Assembly: GCF_964355755.1 (NCBI RefSeq)
Contig: NC_092678.1
Span: 17,279,881 to 17,343,880, forward strand
Direction: 5' to 3'
Length of the DNA: 64,000 nucleotides
From: Antedon mediterranea
Lineage: Eukaryota > Animalia > Echinodermata
Shown here in pieces: positions 38,295 to 52,165 of this stretch. The translations under genes were made by a program, and so were the position numbers. Positions within the stretch are counted from its first letter, which is position 1, and each line of letters opens with the position of its first letter. The notes beneath the pieces were generated by a model, which searched no databases, had not been told where the DNA came from, and worked only from the letters and a program-made list of their open reading frames with translations.

Positions 38295-41200
38295 TAGTCT
38301 GGTAGTTGAACCAAAAATATAGGCCCTACCCGGAAAAAAATGGTACAAAGCAAATTTTTACATCATTAGAAGCGCAATTTTATGGAGAACAACATATCAA
38401 AAATCGACAAAAATCTAGCTTGGGGAAAACATTTTAGATACGTTTTTCTACTGCCTCCTTTACGGGCCTAGTAATTAACACAGGGACTTGAAATGCATTG
38501 CCAGGCCTATCTAGCACAGTCAGTGACTAGCCTAGGCCTACCTAGGCCTAGAGTATCAAGTAGCTTAGTTTTACTCAAATTATTTATCTATATTGTACAT
38601 TGCCTAAAATGTCTACAAATATTAGTAAAATGATTATTTGTTTACCAATCTTCAAACATTTTGTGTTCAGGTTTGTAGTTACAGCCTACTTACAAAGTTA
38701 AATAAGAAATCTGATTGACCACACAATCATCACACACACAGTGTGTAAATCTGTGACCTTTATTTAACCTAAGGGCATTGCCTAGTTAGCAATGTAAGCT
38801 TAATTCTGATTGGTGTATTTAGTATTTTGTACGCAAACTTCATCTATTAGGCCAATCAGAAAAGTTAATATACATTTAGGTTTTTTAAATTATTCATTTT
38901 CTGAAAAACTTTTTTGAGCATGGTTTTTTATGAAAGTTAGGTATTAAACAAAATCTTATGAATAATATTATTTATTAATATATCTAATTAGCAGTTTAAG
39001 TTATATACTTTATATATATAATTTGTGTAAAATGTCTAGTTAAGCTACATTTAAATATTGGTAGAGCCTAAAAGATCAGACACATCATAGGTCTACAGTG
39101 AGAATAAATCAATACAAAAGTCAAAGATGGAAAATATTTATGTCTATAACAACTTTAATGAAGACCGTTGTGTGTATGTACACTTGGTATGAGTATGATG
39201 TTGTGCCAGTCAATGTAACAAGAAAGGGAATTCTCACCATGATTGAGTTCAGTAAAAACCGTGGACATTTAGATTTGTTAAATTATTTAACTGAATGTGC
39301 CAAGTCCACACCAATTGGTAAAGTATTAGTTCATAAGAAATGTCGTGGAAAATTTACCAATGAAAGAGTCCCAGTTGGGCGTGATGAAGAACGTGAGGAT
39401 GATGTTTCAAGTGTGAAAAGGCTACGATCTAATGATTTACCTTTCAACTGGAAGAGAGATTTTTTTTGTGCGGGAAATCCACTACAGTTGATACTAGGCA
39501 TCCAAATAGAACACCACGTGTACATATTGTTACAACATTACCGATTCGTGGTAGACTTTTGGAGAAATGCGCAGCACAAGCAGACTCTTGGGCTTCTGAA
39601 ATTGAAAAACGTCTGCATGGACGTATAGATCTAGTTGCAGCAGAAGCTGTTTATCATCATGATTGTTTTTCACGTTTTATGCTAAATAAAGAGCTCATCA
39701 AAGACGATGTAAAAAAGCAGCAAAGAAGGCATGAACACCAAGAAATGCTGCAATGTTTTGAAAAACTGTGCCAGTGGCTGGAATTAGACGCTGATGCAGA
39801 ACTCTACAGTCTTACAGAATAACACACAAAGATGAGAGAGTTAGCTGAAGAGTCTATAATATACTCAGTTAAAAGACTAAAACAAAAGCTAGAAGAACGT
39901 TACAAACAATTTATTTTCTTTGCGGAGGTTGAAGGATGTGGAAATATTGTTTGTTTAAAAAACATGGCAAAATACTTAAAGACACCTTTCCTACGTTTTT
40001 TAGATCTATTTTAAGATCACAAACTATATTTAATGTAAAAATAATACTATATGGTCCTATTGCGATAACTTTTTTCGTCTTTAAATGGTTAAAAATGTGA
40101 AAAATAAGTCGATTCTAGTAATTATAGCTGCCCGCTATAAATCCCAAAATGCATTGCGCGCGGATTGATATTTCTGCTTTTCTTCTGTAATTAACCCACT
40201 TTTCGATCGATCGCAAGGCCCAAATAAATGGAATACTCCTAACTTTTCAGCGAAAATATTTACATTTAAGACAAGGAATGACCTGGTTTAATGTTTTTAA
40301 AGTAATATATATGTATTATTTTTACAAAACGTCACAAATTGTAGGGAAGGTGTCTTTAATGAGAAATGGTACTCGGAGAGAAAACAAAACATTGAAGATG
40401 AATCAGAGCGAATTGTATGTACTGCAGCAACTATCTTACGAGCAGAAATAGGAGAAAGTAAGTACAACACTGAATCATATCCCATGAATGACGACATCGG
40501 CAATATTGAACGAGGCAAAATGTGGATACCACGTCATTTACAAACTTTTTGGAAATATTTGATTCCATCAGAACTGAGAAGCAGAACACAATCACTTACA
40601 CGAAACCAACATACAATTTATGTTTTAGATGGAGGAGCTCTTACACAGAGCAAAGGGCAACATATAAAGATATAGCCATGCAGTATGCGAGTTATGTTCG
40701 TAAAAAATTTGGAGATTCATGCATTGTGTTATGAAAAGGGACCATCAATAAAAGACCATGAGCATCAAAGGCGTGTTGGAAGAACATCCGCCGATATTCA
40801 ACTGAATGAATTAATTCAAGCACATCGTAATCAGCACATATTTCTATCGAATGAGAAAAATAAATGTCAAATAATTGAATTGTTAAGCTGCTACCTCAAA
40901 AAAGATGGGCATGTAGTTCATACAAGTACCGGAGATGCTGATGATTGTTTCATTTGCTCTAGAGTACGCACGGCAAGGGCAAACTGTTGATGTGGTAGCC
41001 GATGACACAGACGTGCTTGTGTTGCTGATGTACCACTTTAACCCAACTATGGCAGATATATACTGAAGCGAAACAGTCATATAATAAAGAGCTAAAGTTG
41101 TAGAAAATGTGTGATCTTGTCAAGAATACTGGCAATGATGTAACATCACAATTGTCATTCGCTCATGCTTGGAGTGGCTGCGATACGACATCTGCCATAT

Positions 41201-42331
41201 TTGGCCAAGGAAAAATTAATCTTCTGAAGAAAATTCGTAGTTCCAAGGAATTACAACAGTTATCCAAGTCAATTAGTGATGAGAGTGCAACAGCAGAAGA
41301 TATTGGAAAAGCTGGACTTGAAGTATTCAAAATAATCTACGGTGGAAAAAACTGTGAATCTTTAAACAACTTACGGTATGTGAAATTTATGGATATGGTA
41401 GCATCAAAATCATCTATTGAGCCTCAAAAACTTCCACCTACAGAGAGAGCAGCATATTTCCATAGTCTGCGGGTACATTTACAGATACTTGTGTGGTCAA
41501 AACTAAATACTGACTTGGACCCTTTACAATGGGGTTGGAAATGCGAAGGAACCCATCTAACTCCAATCATGACAGATTCTGCTGCAGTACCAGACACTTT
41601 ACTAAAGTTTGTTCGTTGCAAGTGCAAATTATCATCCAACAACCCATGTGGTACAAATTTATGTTCATGTCGTAAAAATGGACTGAAATGTGTAACACCA
41701 TGTGGAGATTGCAGAGGGGACAGTTGCAAAAATTCAGAGGAATTGGTTGTTGATGAATCAGATGAAGAATAGTGAAAAAGAATGGTATGGCCTAATTTTG
41801 TAATTAAGTCGATTTTATTACAAAATGTTCCATCTTCCATGTTATTATACAAGTTTATGGTTTCAAAATGACCTCTTTAATGTTGTTTATTTTAAAAACT
41901 TGTCATTAGCATGAATAGAAATGTTCACTTTACGAACAATTTAAGACCAATTTTAAATGTGTACACTCAGTATTTATTGAGATATCGAAATATGAGGTCA
42001 AAGGTCAAGATGTCAAGAAATAAACTTTCCCGCCATTTTTTGAAAAAGAATTTCGTAAGAGCAAATAGAAATATGTACATAACAAACAATTAGAGACCAA
42101 ATTAAAGACTCTACAGTTAGCGGTTTCCAAGATATACGATTATAATGACTGTAAAAGTGGTTTTTTAAGTAAATTGACAAAATAAAAGTAAAACGCGTCT
42201 AAAAAATTTTCCCCAAGTTGGATTTTTGTCGATTTTGGATATGTTATTCTCCATAAAATTGCGCTTCCAACGATGTAAAAATTTGCTTTGTACCATTTTT
42301 TTCCCGGTTCAACCCTTCAACTACCAGACTA
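38295..42331 (+). mobile_element. AcademX-type DNA transposon, internally deleted and decayed
   Basis: TAG..CTA termini (TAGTCTGGTAGTTGAA / TTCAACTACCAGACTA), 3-bp TAA TSD and long imperfect TIRs. XPG/FEN1-like motifs (YVLDGG, GDAD, DDTDV, HAWSGCDTTSAIFGQGK) and a C-terminal Cys8 finger in ORF 41107-41772. Confidence 0.88.
39980..40355. mobile_element. Kolobok-type MITE family 1 inserted in the Academ coding region
   Basis: TTAA flanks and AGACACCT..AGGTGTCT termini; interrupts ..NMAKY / NEKWYSERK... Confidence 0.8.
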
Positions 42332-44292
42332 TAACTTTTCAGCGAAAATACCGGGTTTTCCCCAATTTGTATCAACGGAGTCTGGCAAAAATAGAAAGAC
42401 AATTAATGCAGCAACTATACAACGTCAGGCTAGGTATATAGCTAGCGTACGATGTTCGTACGTTACCGATGTTTACCAGCTAGGCCTACAAAACTAAGCC
42501 TAGCTAGGCTAGGCCTGAGACCGTCCACGAGAGGTCGATCGCCGCGAGCTACTTAGGTAGTGCATTGTTTCTCACTTTTTATCATAATTTACCATAAAAC
42601 GTACATTTAAGACAAGGAATGACATGGTTTAATGTTTTTAAAGTGATATATATGTATTATTTTCCAAAAAACGTCCAAAATTGCAGGGAAGGGGTCTTTA
42701 AAGATAAGGATTACTATATTGGCTATGTTTTATTTTCGGTTGCAATAAAATCAACTTCTTGTATTTAAAAAGAGCGCTACTATCTATACTGTTCTGTACT
42801 TGTGTCTAATTTTGAGACGTATATATAATAGTTTAAAGATAAGGATTACTGTATTTGCTATGTTTTATTTTCGGTTGCAATAAAATCAACTTCTTGTACT
42901 TTAAAGGAACGCTACTATCTATGCTGTTCTGTACTTGTGTCTGATTTTGAGACGTATAATATAATAGTTAAAAGATAAGGGTTACTATATTGAGCATGTT
43001 TTATTTTGGTTGCGATAAAATCAACTTCTGGTACTTTAAAGGAGCGCTACTATCTATACTGTTCTGTACTTGTGTCTAATTTTGAGATGTATATATAATA
43101 GTTTAAAGATAAGGATTACTATATTGATCATGTTTTATTTTGGTTGCGATAAAATCAACTTCTTGTACTTAAAAGGAACGCTACTATCTATACTGTTCTG
43201 TACTTGTGTCTAATTTTGAGACGTATAATATAATAGTTAAAAGATAAGCGGGTTACTATATTGGTCATGTTTTATTTTTGTTTGCGATAAAATTAACTTC
43301 TTGTACTTAAAAGGAGCTCTATTCTCTATGCTTTTGATGATATAGGTGGTTTTTTATATCAAGCACATTATTTAGTAAATGAAATAAATGACTAAATCTA
43401 GAAACAGCGAAGTAACTATATCTTTTTAAAGTTTACAGTAATTATTCTAATCCAAAAATATATAATATAATATCTATGGCAAAATTTTAGATGGATATAA
43501 ACCAAAAAAAAAACAAAAAACAGTGCTAGCATTGAAACATCGATCCTTTTAAATACAGTAGAGATACACTGTTGTAGCTTCATTTCCTTATTCTTTAATC
43601 TTGATAAAAATAATTCTTGGATATTAAATGTTTGCTCAATTCCTCTTCACTTTGTGGTTACTAACACTTGAGGATATACAGTAAATACTTAAAAATTCTT
43701 CCTTGCAATTTTCCAATAAAAAAAAAAACAAAATGTACTTCAAAGAGTTATTGAAACTTCTTCTCTAACTTAAAAATAAAGAGGTTTACACCGGGCAAAT
43801 GGGCCCGTATTCATTAAAGGTGATCAATTTTAATCCTGGACATATTAAATATGTATATATATCAAATCATAAAATTTTTATGATTTGAAATATCATTTTG
43901 AAATTTTAATTTTTCATTTTTATAATTTAAATAAAGACCTAATTAAAAGCTATAGTTACATTGTTGCCCACTAATATAAGTAACAAAAATATTACACCAA
44001 AACAATTCCCAGACCGGGAACACTAAGGATCAATTTTTGGAAATAAGGTTGTCACTCAGATATTAGGTAAATTTTTTGAGATTTTTAGCTTATTCCATAA
44101 TTATAAGAAAACTAAATAAGTTCAAAAATTCCAAAATTATGAAATTTAGCTAACAACTCATAAATATGCATGATATGGTAATGACTTCCACACAGAGAAG
44201 ATCCTATCTGTCTCCAATATTAATAAAGCGCCAATTGCTCGTTTTGTAAGTGGAGATATGATATTTGTGTTTTCTCCTCCATTTCCTCCTAG

Positions 44293-44512
44293 GAAACAAG
44301 GACAAGTATACGGCTTCTGTTACTAAAGGTTTTTGGCTGTATATGTTCGTTAGACATGTTCGCCCTCTCTTATCTGCTGACGTCGGTGCTACCGGTTGAG
44401 ATTGCTCGTGATACGATGACTGACAAAAAAAATATCCAAAAACTCTGCTTCTCTGCTCTAGTACTTACAATGGTATTTTCACAAGGGGAATCAATCCCAT
44501 ATACGCACTATG
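44293..44512 (+). CDS. NCKIPSD: NCKIPSD exon 6 ([50 protein letters not shown])
   Basis: Strong match to the SPIN90 armadillo-like region; 220 bp, phase 0 to 1. Confidence 0.95.
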
Positions 44513-44603
44513 GTTAGATTTTTTCTGTGTTTTTTGTGGTTTTTTTTACTATATTTTAATGAGGGTGATCCATCCAGCAATTGCTGATCATTTGTGACCC
44601 TAG

Positions 44604-45038
44604 AGCCCTTTCTCACAGAGCTGTGTGCCAGGAATATTGCGGGAATATACCATTACCATGTAGGTATGGTTTTCTGTGAGAACGGGTCGTCTTGGCATTA
44701 TACCGGCATCGACATGACCTGCTTTAGAAATAGTAATATTCTAGGGATATTCCCCGCAATGCCCGACGGGCATTCTGTGAGTACGTAATCTGTGACTTAT
44801 AATTCTCCGCCATATATCGCTAGACAAAAATAATAACAATAAACGATGCCCTCATTTATTAATTTGTCAGAGACTTTATATTGGCCGAATATGCCCGACT
44901 CCTTTCTCACAGAAAACTGGTATATTCCGGTTATATTTCCGGCACGATAGTCCGATGAGAATGGATGCCGGTAACGATACCGGCACGACGCCAGCATAAT
45001 ACCGGTAATATTGCAGGCACATCTGTGAGAAAGGGGCT
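44604..45038. mobile_element. Harbinger-like MITE
   Basis: TIR AGCCC(C)TTTCTCACAGA with internal repeats of tttctcacaga / tctgtgagaa. Confidence 0.65.
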
Positions 45039-45059
45039 TTAGAGGTTCACAAGACAAAC

Positions 45060-45205
45060 ATATACACAAGATGCTCTACAAAAACAAAGTCTTATGACAA
45101 GTCTTTGGGAGTGGGGTTGTAATTTTGTCTGATATGTGACAGGACTTGAACCCAGGACTCTTGGAGTGGTAGCCAAGCATCATAACTACCAAGCCACAAT
45201 TCCAC
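45060..45205 (-). mobile_element. Degenerate tRNA-derived SINE
   Basis: Minus strand has tgtggcttggtagt (A box-like) and gggttcaagtcc (B box). Confidence 0.5.
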
Positions 45206-46029
45206 TTCTAATATCTTATTAACAAGTTAAGTTTGATAGGGTCTTTGTGATAGATATACAGTATATACTGTACATATTGTAAATGGCATATAATAGGCAC
45301 AACTCGGCACTATAAGCGTATGCATCATGTCATAGGATGGCGTACATCAACTTTTTACGATCGAATGTTAACGTACATGCACGTTTAACAAGTGTTAATT
45401 TCATTAAAATGATAAAAATGATCACCTATAATTCGTCAAAGTGACGAATTAAATTCTAGTTTATATATAGATTATCCAAATATGGTATGTCATGGACATA
45501 GTGTTTTTGCCATCGTTCACTGTGTAATCGTCCGTCTGCATTTCTAAGCATAATTATAACAAATCATTACATTAATTTACAGTTAATAATCAATAATAAC
45601 AAAGTAAACATACATTTTTTAAGCAATGAATATCCCTTGAATGATGTTTCAAAGATAGGTTGGTTGACGTTAGCCATACAACTCATTGAGTATGGTATGT
45701 TGGCATGTACAGCATTGTTCATGAGCATCGTTCCATTGGTTTCTATTGTGTGGTTACTTAGCATGTACAGAATATGGTAAACGTTGAGCTTGGCATTTCA
45801 GCCATTGTTTTACTGTACTGTTCAAATGGCTACCTGTATTGCTATGATAAATGACTGTTTTACTATTACGTACTACCTCTAGCCAATAAAAATAAAAAAA
45901 CAAACATACACAATTTAACATACATTTGCAAAGTCATAGAATATCAGACTAATGCAATAAAATTATTGTTTTATAGGGCTTAGCATAAAATTACTTGTTT
46001 CTCCTATTTTGAATTATTGTTTATCTAAC

Positions 46030-47030
46030 ATATGTTTTTAAAAGTCCATCATGTGTCTTGTACTTGATTACTGGTGGCACACTAAAAGGGATGAAGGCAA
46101 ACTTTACGTCCGATCTTTGCCTAATTTTTTTTAAATGTTTTACTTTTAGTGTTTGTCTTAGAAGTCTTACGGGATACGTCATCGCTTATATAAATACTGT
46201 TATTGTTTAGTGGATTGCCCTTCAATGTTTTCGCTGCTTGGCTTTGAACAAATTTGCCTGCCCACGTAGCTCAACAGTTAATTGGTCTTTGTCTCCTCGA
46301 TGATGAGCGCCTTATTGGGATTCTGTGGAATCGTTCCACTTCTATGTCATCCTCATTCTCTAATTTCATATGCGAAGTGAATACAAATTCTACAAATTCC
46401 TTGCACGATAAATTGCCTCCCTTCTCGTAATCTTCTGGTACATTTTGAATGATTATATTATTCCTCCTCGATCTATTTTCGAGATCGTTTTCTATCTTTT
46501 CTAGATAGGTAATAGTATCTAAAGTTTCATTAACTGACTTAAATTTGTTCGTATTGTCCTCCACTGATTTTTCCATGAATTCTAGCGATTGCGTTATCTT
46601 TGTGATGACTCCGGTGTTTTTTTTTTTTACGTTTTCCTCAATTTTGGTCATCTTACCCTTCTAGCTTATTGACTCGTTTAACCATCGACTCCAGTTTGTT
46701 GAGTATTAGGTCAAGTTTTGAAGAGAGTTATCGCATTTGACGGCTGATATTCTGGTTCAGTTCAGCCGCACTCATAATGTTTCCGCTCCGAATCTGACCC
46801 TTGGCTGCCTTGGCCAGGGGTGGACCTCAGATGATAGGTTATTTTTTCCTTTTTAGCTATCGATTTTTCCATATTCAATAGAGAGTTTTACTTTCAGTGT
46901 AAAAATTATGTAAATACGGCACTGATTTTGTTTTTGAAAGGAGCGCTAAAAAATGTGATGATTTGTGAGTAAATTTCAGGAGCTACAAGTATACACGTCT
47001 TTACTGCATCGTAGCTTAGCGCCCTCTCAA
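46030..47030 (-). mobile_element. L1/Tx1- or CR1-type ORF1 fragment with 5' region
   Basis: Coiled coil, then LENRSRRNNIII.NVPE..IEVERFHRI..RPI (L1 ORF1p RRM-like); frameshifted. Confidence 0.7.
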
Positions 47031-47231
47031 CTACTATTAAAAAAAACTTTTTAATAATGTACAAAAAATGAAATGAATACCATCCCATTAATTACCGGTA
47101 TGTACGGAGAGAGCTTGAGTGGAAATCGAGGGTTACTTTTGCCAACAAGACGAATTGCGAAACAAATAAAAACGCAGCGCGTACAATTTCCTACAAAATG
47201 AAAAGACAGAATATATTATATATAACTATAA

Positions 47232-49209
47232 CTAGCAGTAACACGTGCGCCGCACGGTCTTTAAACAGCTTTGCATGGGCAAGTATAATAACAGCGCACT
47301 TTGATAAAGGTACTTTGACAAATTATTAAAATAAAAACAAATTGTATCAAGAATAACATTCGGAACTACTGTATTTAAAGCCATTGGTTTGTAATACGCT
47401 ATTCCTTCACTTCAATATATGTAGGCTAAAAATTAAAGCAATGGTACAGTGGATATGGAACTTTGAGTTTACTTTTGACTGGAAAATAAAAGACGCTTAA
47501 GAAAAATTGTGCTGTGTAAATTATTTTGGGTGTTTTTCGTGGTGTATTAATTATTTGATACGTAGAGATAAAAAAAGTGGATAAAAATTGAATGAAAAAA
47601 ATACATTGCTGTGGAAACACGAATTAAGTTTATTTATTTATATTTTATTTTTATTTCACTGGTTTTCATATTTTGCAATTTTTTTGTAAGGGAGATTTGT
47701 TACGTACTTGCTACTTTTGTAATTAAAGTGTGGTCTACCAGAAACCAGTGCTCCGCACGGTTTGCCTACCTTAATAATTATTCGCATGGCATGATTATTA
47801 ATTATAATAAAAGCGTACTTTTCCCGGCCACAATATTTCTTTTTGTACATAAGTTGGGGGACCCCTCACAAAATAAACATGGATATTCATTAATAATGTC
47901 CATAAGCTACGTCAGAAATGAGCTAACAATTCGCTAATACAAAGGTTTTCTGTCGAGCCGTCTGTGTAGTCGAGTGGATTAGGCTATGGACTTTACATGT
48001 CGATGTAGGCCTATGGGGTTCTTTTTACTTTATAGTGAGAGAGTGATTATTTAGAGGGTTAGGTTTAGTTATATTTAGGAACTTAAGTAGTTCGGCTATC
48101 TTTCACATAAGGGGCCCTAACTTTGTACGAAATAAAAATTTGCTTGCCGACCCCTGACAAATTGTTTTTTTTTCAAACTAACAAATTGTCAACAATTCAA
48201 TTCGGAACTACTTAAGATTTTTTTTATACACGGAGTATACTACTATTACTTTGAAATATCTGTAAGCTACAAAATGAAAGCAATACTGGATTTGGGGTGG
48301 GCCTCAGAAAATGACAACGTGCATGAGCGGGACAGACTTCTCAGTCGGCAGAGATTAAAACTTTTTAATGATAAAAGATGAATTGGTAAGTTATCGAATT
48401 AAGATGTGAAGTATTGGAATAATTAACAGTGATGCGCTCGGACACAAACATTTTGGATGTATTTTTGTTGATATTTAATATTTAGCGGATTGTATTCCTT
48501 TTATTTGTGTGTGTTATTTTATTTACATTTTTGAAACAATGACACAAAACTATACATTTGTTTTGTGGAAACACAACACCTAGGCTATTGGATTCGTTTT
48601 ATTTGTGTGTTTTTTTTGTTTGTTCATTTACATTTTTTTCATGTGATTTTTTTTTCTATTTTGTTGTGTGCATTTGTTCGTATCTTTATTGCTAGTTTTA
48701 TAATTACATTGTGGTTTAGTTTTGATTTTTAGCTATAAACGGTGATACTTAATTAGTACACATGTCGCGGATTGAACTCGAACCTACTAAGCATTGATAT
48801 CAATGGTCACGGTGATTTCCTCACTGAGCCAAACCGTGATTTACAAAATACATTCTGTTCCAAGGATAATTCATTAAAAATTCAACGGCGCGGTCATTCG
48901 ATATCGGTTGACTAAAGATTGTTTATTTAACGGCCCGGAATGGTATTTGTAGATCCGGCCATGGCGGTACACAACATAGGAGGTTGCGTAGTTTATACAG
49001 TGACGTAACATGGTCGCTGAGACGTCAAATTACTGCTATTTTTTGCCTTTTTTTAGTGTTTATCCTTAAAATTCAGGAAAGTGACATAGCCTATCGTGTG
49101 TGGCCCCTTAATAAACATAAGTGTGTGCCAAATGTGATTACGTACCTTTCAGTGGCTTTGGAGGAGATTAAAAAAAATGTAGTAGCATTATTAATAAATA
49201 AGATATAGA
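47232..49209 (-). mobile_element. Non-autonomous Helitron (~2 kb)
   Basis: Minus strand begins a|TCTATATCTTATTTATTAA and ends with hairpin CCGTGCGGCGCACGTG then TTACTGCTAG|t. AT target, no TSD. Confidence 0.7.
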
Positions 49210-51589
49210 TATTTCCAAAGGCTCGGACAGGTAAAAAGGGCCTTAAAAAAACTGAATTGCTATAGGTTAGACCACATTTCCATAACTTTTCAAAACTCAT
49301 CGAACCCTCTGCTAGTAGACCTAATTAATAGGAGCGTTTCGCCAAATCATTAGAAAAAAAAAACGTTCCAGTATTCTTGCAATATCGTCACAGCTTCAGT
49401 TACAAATGGTGATACAAAGTGTCAATCATTTGACCAATGAACAGCCCACTGGTATGATAGTCTTTGAATCCGTCCGTAAAACACATTAATCACTCACATC
49501 AGTCATTCCGCTAATGGTTGCGTCTAATGATGCATTCTATTCTAGTCAGTTACAATTAGAAATTTGATCCCTTGACCTATATTATTCAATATCTCTGCCA
49601 TATTCTGTAACCGGCTGTCTGTCCCGTCGTACATCTCACCGCACGCAGTTTAGTATGTCTTCCCGAAAAGGGCATCAATATTATGTGTAGGCCTATTGGT
49701 CATTTGCCTAATAATTAAATACGAAATATTATAATATAATATAATATTATTTACATCTGACCACAGAGCCTTGATAGCCTATATCACCAAACAATATTAT
49801 AGGACTAAAAGTACAACAAAAAAACTTTAACGATTATATTTTCACAGCAATGATTTATTTCAATCAAATATTAATAAATGTTCACAACAAAGTAAAGCTT
49901 GTGGTTCCCACAAGAGACCCAATGCAAGGAGGATAGGCCTATAGGTAGAAGCAAAGCAAGTGAGTTGACCAATCACACAAGCGACAGTAGAGTTCGAATA
50001 ACCCATCGCTTGTAGGCTAATATTGGTTACATTGTTAACTTTTAATACTGATTTTATGTAAATGCAATACTTTCAGCTTCTGCTACTTTTTGTATATGTG
50101 TTTTTTATACCGAAAAAAAAAGTACATAGGCTGGATGCAAGTGAGTTGACCAATCACAAAATCCATCACTTGTGATTGGTCACTAACGTTGCGCTCTGTG
50201 CATTGCGTCTCTGTAGTGGAACCAAGCATAATGTACCAAGCATGCAGTAATACTTGTTTTCACAGAATCTTCACCAGACTATACATTGATACGGTTATAC
50301 CAATTAATCACAACATAATAAAGCAAACAAAGTTATAGATCAGGGTTGATGAAATATGTCATTATACCGGTACGCATTTAATTTGTCCATTATAATGTTG
50401 TTGTTGTGGACAGTAAAACACCAATATTTATTTACTTTTATTCAAAAACTTTTCAACAGGAACAATGTTCCCACTTACAGGTGATGTTATATAAAAAATA
50501 AAATATAAAATATATATGTATATACTCAAAAGCACATTACTCCCATGACGGTATAATTATAATGGACAGGTTCACCAACCCTATGGAAATTACATTATTA
50601 CATTAAATCAAAAACTCTTGTATGCTATAACTGCAACAATAAAATTACATCAATATTGTTTAAAAGGCCAAATAAAATAAGCATTTAAGTTTTTTTATTT
50701 ATTTTTTTCTAAGGAAATAATTAGATGAGAATAAAGGCGGCTTCTCTCATATAGTGGACCGACCACAGTGTACACGGCAAGTAGGTAGCCTATACTACCG
50801 TAATGTTTGTCTATTCGTCAGTATTGGTCATATCCGATATATTTTGGTACCAAAAACGTTAAACGAACGATAGAGGTCATGGGTCAATTATCACTAAATT
50901 ACTGAATTTCCACTATAATAATATATATCTCGTCAGCCAAACAAATCTTGAAGCAGATTCATGTTTATGTTCATGTTAACCCATTCGTTATATGCATACA
51001 GTATTATCAACTAAGGTATTAACATTAACACTTATTTAGAGATATACATTATAGATGATAAGCACATAATCAGCGGCGCTTCACAAACTGTAATAATATT
51101 ATTTGAAATAAAAAGGTTTTAATTGATTTTTAAATTGTTAATTTATATAGATTATAGTAATCCACATTGTTAATGTTACTTGGCAAATTGCAACGGAAAA
51201 CGAGCGGTCAGCAAATATTTTCGCATAACATCCGTTGCACTGCCAAACCGACCCTCTAGAAAAAGAAGCCTAAACTATCTTAAAAATAAGACAGATAATC
51301 CCAGGAGGCTTTAAATCGATGGTGGGCCTCTTCTCGAGATTACATTTTTAAAATAAAGAGTGGCTTCTTTTTGATTTGTTATTTTTTGGAGGTGGGCTTC
51401 AATCTTTACGAGGTCGGCTAGCCCACATCAGCTCTTGAAATTCGTTTTTCTTTAAAAAAGAATTTCATCAGTGGGGATCGAGATACAAACAAATAGTATT
51501 TGTTTTATATGACCTATGAAATATTCATAATAATAACTTTATCTTCATTTTAATGAAAAGCGATTATTAATTATAATAATATAGTACGG

Positions 51590-52165
51590 TATACTTTATC
51601 TATCAAATCTTACTTATAACTAATACAACATAACAACACTAATACAATTTACCAAACAACATCCATGTATAGGTATAATGAAATAAGCCAACATCAATTG
51701 AAATATAACAACATCGTATCTACCAAATGTTACATAAAACTAATACAATCCACCAAACTACATCCATAAATGTATAGGTTATATTAATGAAATAAGCCAA
51801 CATCAATTGAAATAAATACTACATTTCATCTACTAAATCTTACATAACACTAATACAATCCACCAAACTACATCCATAAATGTATAGGTATATTAATGAA
51901 ATAAGCCAACATCAATTCTTACATAAAACTAATACAATCCACCAAACTACATCGATAAATGTATAGGTTATATTAATAAAATAAGCCAACATCAATTGAA
52001 ATAAATACTACATTTTATCTACCAAATCTTACATAAAACTAATCCACCGAAGTACTGTAAATCGATAAATGTAAATGTTTAATATTAATGAAAAAGCCAA
52101 CATTATATACACTGAAATAAAACAACAACTTATCTACCAAATCCACCAAACTACAATGTAAATCA
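51590..52165. repeat. AT-rich minisatellite, ~80-105-bp units
   Basis: Recurring ctaatacaatccaccaaactacatc..aatgaaataagccaacatcaattgaaat. Confidence 0.85.

Larger units (their letters stand above)
38032..42697. mobile_element. Kolobok-type MITE family 1, split by the Academ insertion
   Basis: 38032-38294 plus 42335-42697 together are the reverse complement of 27439-28025; TTAA duplicated. Confidence 0.85.
37720..43330. repeat. ~135-bp tandem repeat (about 7 units) split by nested insertions at 38032-42697
   Basis: actgttctgtacttgtgtct..aaagataaggattact..aaatcaacttct units at 37720-38031 and 42698-43330. Confidence 0.85.

Noticed and set aside
41107-41772. Host tesmin/TSO1-like CXC gene
   Set aside because: It lies within Academ TIRs and TSD and continues a disrupted transposon ORF.
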